A stretch of DNA of 63,156 nt, the filler included, from an uncultured Methanoregulaceae archaeon (GTDB lineage: Archaea; Halobacteriota; Methanomicrobia; Methanomicrobiales; Methanospirillaceae): assembly GCA_964530035.1 (NCBI GenBank). It is 5 parts of 5 records of this genome, joined end to end, with 100 filler letters (N's around TTAATTAATTAA, not from the genome) between each part and the next. Parts side by side here need not be neighbours in the genome. Positions count along the whole stretch, not along the records: positions 51,233 to 63,156 come from CAZGXZ010000068.1; 4 more parts are not named here. The stretch is one strand, 5' to 3'. Positions 61,140 to 63,156 of the stretch are shown here, piece by piece (positions within the stretch are counted from its first letter, which is position 1; every line of letters begins with the position of its first letter). Position numbers and translations under genes: made by a program. Below the pieces are notes generated by a model that was not told the DNA's origin, ran no database searches, and saw only the letters and a list, made by a program, of their open reading frames with translations.

Positions 61140-61397
61140 TCAGGTTAGGGTAACCTCGACGACTTCAGCCCGCTCGACCCCTGGGATCGACTGGATTGCA
61201 GCCTCGAGGCTGTCTGTCTGCCCACCCTGGTCGTTGACAATCGCCACGACCTTCAGTGCCTTCAAACCAAACCCTATGGGTTCTTCCCGAATGTCATGTG
61301 TTGAGGGGACCTTTGCCCGTATTGCCTCCTTGAGACCATCGAGGCTTATCTCGGGGGACTCCGGCATGACCTTGAGGATTGCAGCAACCGTTCCCAT
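61140..61397 (-). CDS. ef1b: Translation elongation factor aEF-1beta
   Basis: LKVMPESPE, EEPIGFGLKAL, IPGVERAEV. Confidence 0.95.
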   Translation of the reverse strand: MGTVAAILKVMPESPEISLDGLKEAIRAKVPSTHDIREEPIGFGLKALKVVAIVNDQGGQTDSLEAAIQSIPGVERAEVVEVTLT

Positions 61398-61401
61398 GAC
61401 G

Positions 61402-61563
61402 TCACGGACCCTTGAAACCACATTTTTCACATACGTAGGCGATACTCTGCTCCCTGCAGCGATAGCAGCGCCGGATGGGATATCCGCATGCCGGGCAGCC
61501 GAACTCTGTCCCGCCCTCATCTGCGAGGGGGGCGTTGCACGATGTGCAGCGTCTCTCGTTCAT
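61402..61563 (-). CDS. Small zinc-ribbon protein (DUF1610/HVO_2753-like), 53 aa, absent from the ORF track
   Basis: Manual translation MNERRCTSCNAPLADEGGTEFGCPACGYPIRRCYRCREQSIAYVCEKCGFKGP; usual position upstream of aEF-1beta. Confidence 0.92.
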   Translation of the reverse strand: MNERRCTSCNAPLADEGGTEFGCPACGYPIRRCYRCREQSIAYVCEKCGFKGP

Positions 61564-61590
61564 CATAAGTGCACCGATCTGAAAAACTCC

Positions 61591-62259
61591 TTACAAACTC
61601 GTCCTGTGACCACATAAAAGATCGCCAATCATTGTTCCCTTTACCTCCCCTCCGGCAAGGCAGGCATGAAGCCTTCCTGGAATGGCGCCATTTACGATTT
61701 TTACCTGTAATGCATTGCCAATGGCGTACGGGAGAAAAAAAGGGTCAACAACATCCGTGACAACCGGGTGGTCAAGCCAATCGACCGCCTGGCCATATAT
61801 TCCATCAACCGCTTTCACCACGACCAGCGGCAGTTCAAGGGCTGCTGCTGCCCAGGCCGCTATGCTATCCGATGTTACATTCCAGTCATGAGGGAGCGGG
61901 TCGAGGGTCCTCATGACCCGGTACGGAAGAAAAACCATCGGTCTTTGAGGCCTTTCAAGTCGCTCCGTGCAGGGTATGCCTGTGGCATGCAGCAGCCAGC
62001 CGGTCTGCTCCATGGCAGCAATCGCCATCCAGTGTGCCGCATCTGGTGGAGGGTTGACGAGTCTCACCTGGTCGGCAAATACGCCCCCTCCCGGGACAAT
62101 CAGGGCTGGCCGTCCCGCTCTGATAATCTCGCTGCAGAGTCGTCCCCGCTGATCGCAGAGGGACCCGCCGATCTTGATAACCACCGGATTGTCCGTGGGA
62201 GAACCACCATTCAGCAGGTTGATATGGGAAGGTGATGAATGTGTCAGTCCATGCACCAC
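61591..62259 (-). CDS. mfnE: Amino-acid kinase family protein, MfnE-like (methanofuran pathway); start uncertain
   Basis: VIKIGGSL, PGGGVFAD.VR, AHWMAIAAM, WNVTSDSIAAW, KAVDG. Confidence 0.75.
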   Translation of the reverse strand: MVHGLTHSSPSHINLLNGGSPTDNPVVIKIGGSLCDQRGRLCSEIIRAGRPALIVPGGGVFADQVRLVNPPPDAAHWMAIAAMEQTGWLLHATGIPCTERLERPQRPMVFLPYRVMRTLDPLPHDWNVTSDSIAAWAAAALELPLVVVKAVDGIYGQAVDWLDHPVVTDVVDPFFLPYAIGNALQVKIVNGAIPGRLHACLAGGEVKGTMIGDLLCGHRTSL

Positions 62260-63156
62260 GGATGGTGCGTGCTCCTTGCATGTGCCCTTGTAGGGCAGAC
62301 GCAGGGCTTCACCTTCACGGAATTCTGTCCAGACCCGTCAGACAAGGGGGATATGGCCGAGTACTTCGTCCTGGACGGCTCAGGTCCCCTTGACACGATT
62401 TCCATATCTGATGGGGAAGCGACGCTTCATTTTCCAGCAGGCGCAAAAGCAGACGGACGGGTCTGTGTCGCAGGTTCAGCGGTCTCATACTTTGCTCTGA
62501 ACGGGATGAACCCTGATTATGAATGGGTCCCGTCGGATCCATCGGTTCCGGATGTCGTCAGGACGGGCCCCTTCAGGATGGCGAATGACCATGACAGCCT
62601 TGTCCTGTACGAAGGGGGAAGGCGGACTGACCGGGTTGCCTGGCCGGGCGAGGTCAGGCCACGCACCAGGCAGGTCCACTTCAGGGAAAACGGGACGTGG
62701 GACCCGCGGGTCCTCCTTGAAGGGCAATCCCGTTTTATGCCGGCATCGTTCGAGGGAGCTACGGTAATTGCAGGTCCGGCACCTGATGCATCGACGCGCA
62801 TATTCAGCGATGCGGTGGATGCGGCACGAAAAGAGATTGACGTCAATGTATACGAATTCACCTCACCCTCTATGGCAGGCAGCCTTGCTTCGGCCAGACA
62901 CAAGGGGATTAATGTGACGGTCCTTGTTGAGGGTGGGCCCGTGGGAGGGATTGGCGGACCTGAAAAAAGCATCATCAACCGGCTCAGGCGTGGAGGGATT
63001 CCTGTGTATGAGATGGGACCTGTCGGCAAGGGAAGTGCTCCGTACCGGTACGATCATGCCAAGTACCTCGTCATTGATGACTCCGGGATATTCATATCGA
63101 GTGAAAACTTCGGTGCAAACGGTGCACTTCGCCTGCTTTCAGAGAATCCAGCAAAT
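62251..63156 (+). CDS. Phospholipase D-like protein with signal peptide, runs off the window
   Basis: Manual translation: TEFCPDP....EYF N-terminus, VNVYEFTS, LVEGGPVGG, HAKYLVIDD (HKD), SSENF. Confidence 0.88.
   Translation, partial: MHHGWCVLLACALVGQTQGFTFTEFCPDPSDKGDMAEYFVLDGSGPLDTISISDGEATLHFPAGAKADGRVCVAGSAVSYFALNGMNPDYEWVPSDPSVPDVVRTGPFRMANDHDSLVLYEGGRRTDRVAWPGEVRPRTRQVHFRENGTWDPRVLLEGQSRFMPASFEGATVIAGPAPDASTRIFSDAVDAARKEIDVNVYEFTSPSMAGSLASARHKGINVTVLVEGGPVGGIGGPEKSIINRLRRGGIPVYEMGPVGKGSAPYRYDHAKYLVIDDSGIFISSENFGANGALRLLSENPAN

Noticed and set aside
61398..61520. N-terminal extension on aEF-1beta in the ORF track, likewise mdh 60117-60161
   Set aside because: These extensions overlap the zinc-ribbon gene and the SRP RNA respectively; true starts are 61397 and 60162

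Overview
GC-rich archaeal DNA from a hydrogenotrophic methanogen, most consistent with Methanomicrobiales (Methanoregulaceae/Methanolinea-like; inferred from gene content, not a search). The window is not contiguous. Five contigs are joined by artificial 100-nt N/TTAATTAATTAA linkers (13149-13248, 25903-26002, 38547-38646, 51133-51232), so neighbourhood arguments hold only within a contig. Contig 1: type IV pilus ATPase and TadC/GspF, a corrinoid uptake/salvage cluster (btuF, btuC, btuD, TIM-barrel hydrolase, cbiZ), two pilins and a NikR paralogue lacking the nickel ligands. This is the best candidate for an undescribed system (pilus-associated corrinoid scavenging and remodelling). Contig 2: subtilase, MFS, RecQ, two sheath-protein-like genes and a membrane-anchored TPR-diadenylate cyclase. 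Contig 3: hypE, citG, marker protein 9, cfbAEDB, a duplicated hairpin-rich non-coding element and a secreted protein with 35-aa six-Cys repeats. Contigs 4-5: mostly housekeeping (CoA synthesis, frameshifted RFC small subunit, ilvC, aIF2-beta, rpoL, map, two tRNAs, SRP RNA, mdh, aEF-1beta). No CRISPR array, transposase or integrase was seen. All family calls come from motif recognition by eye.
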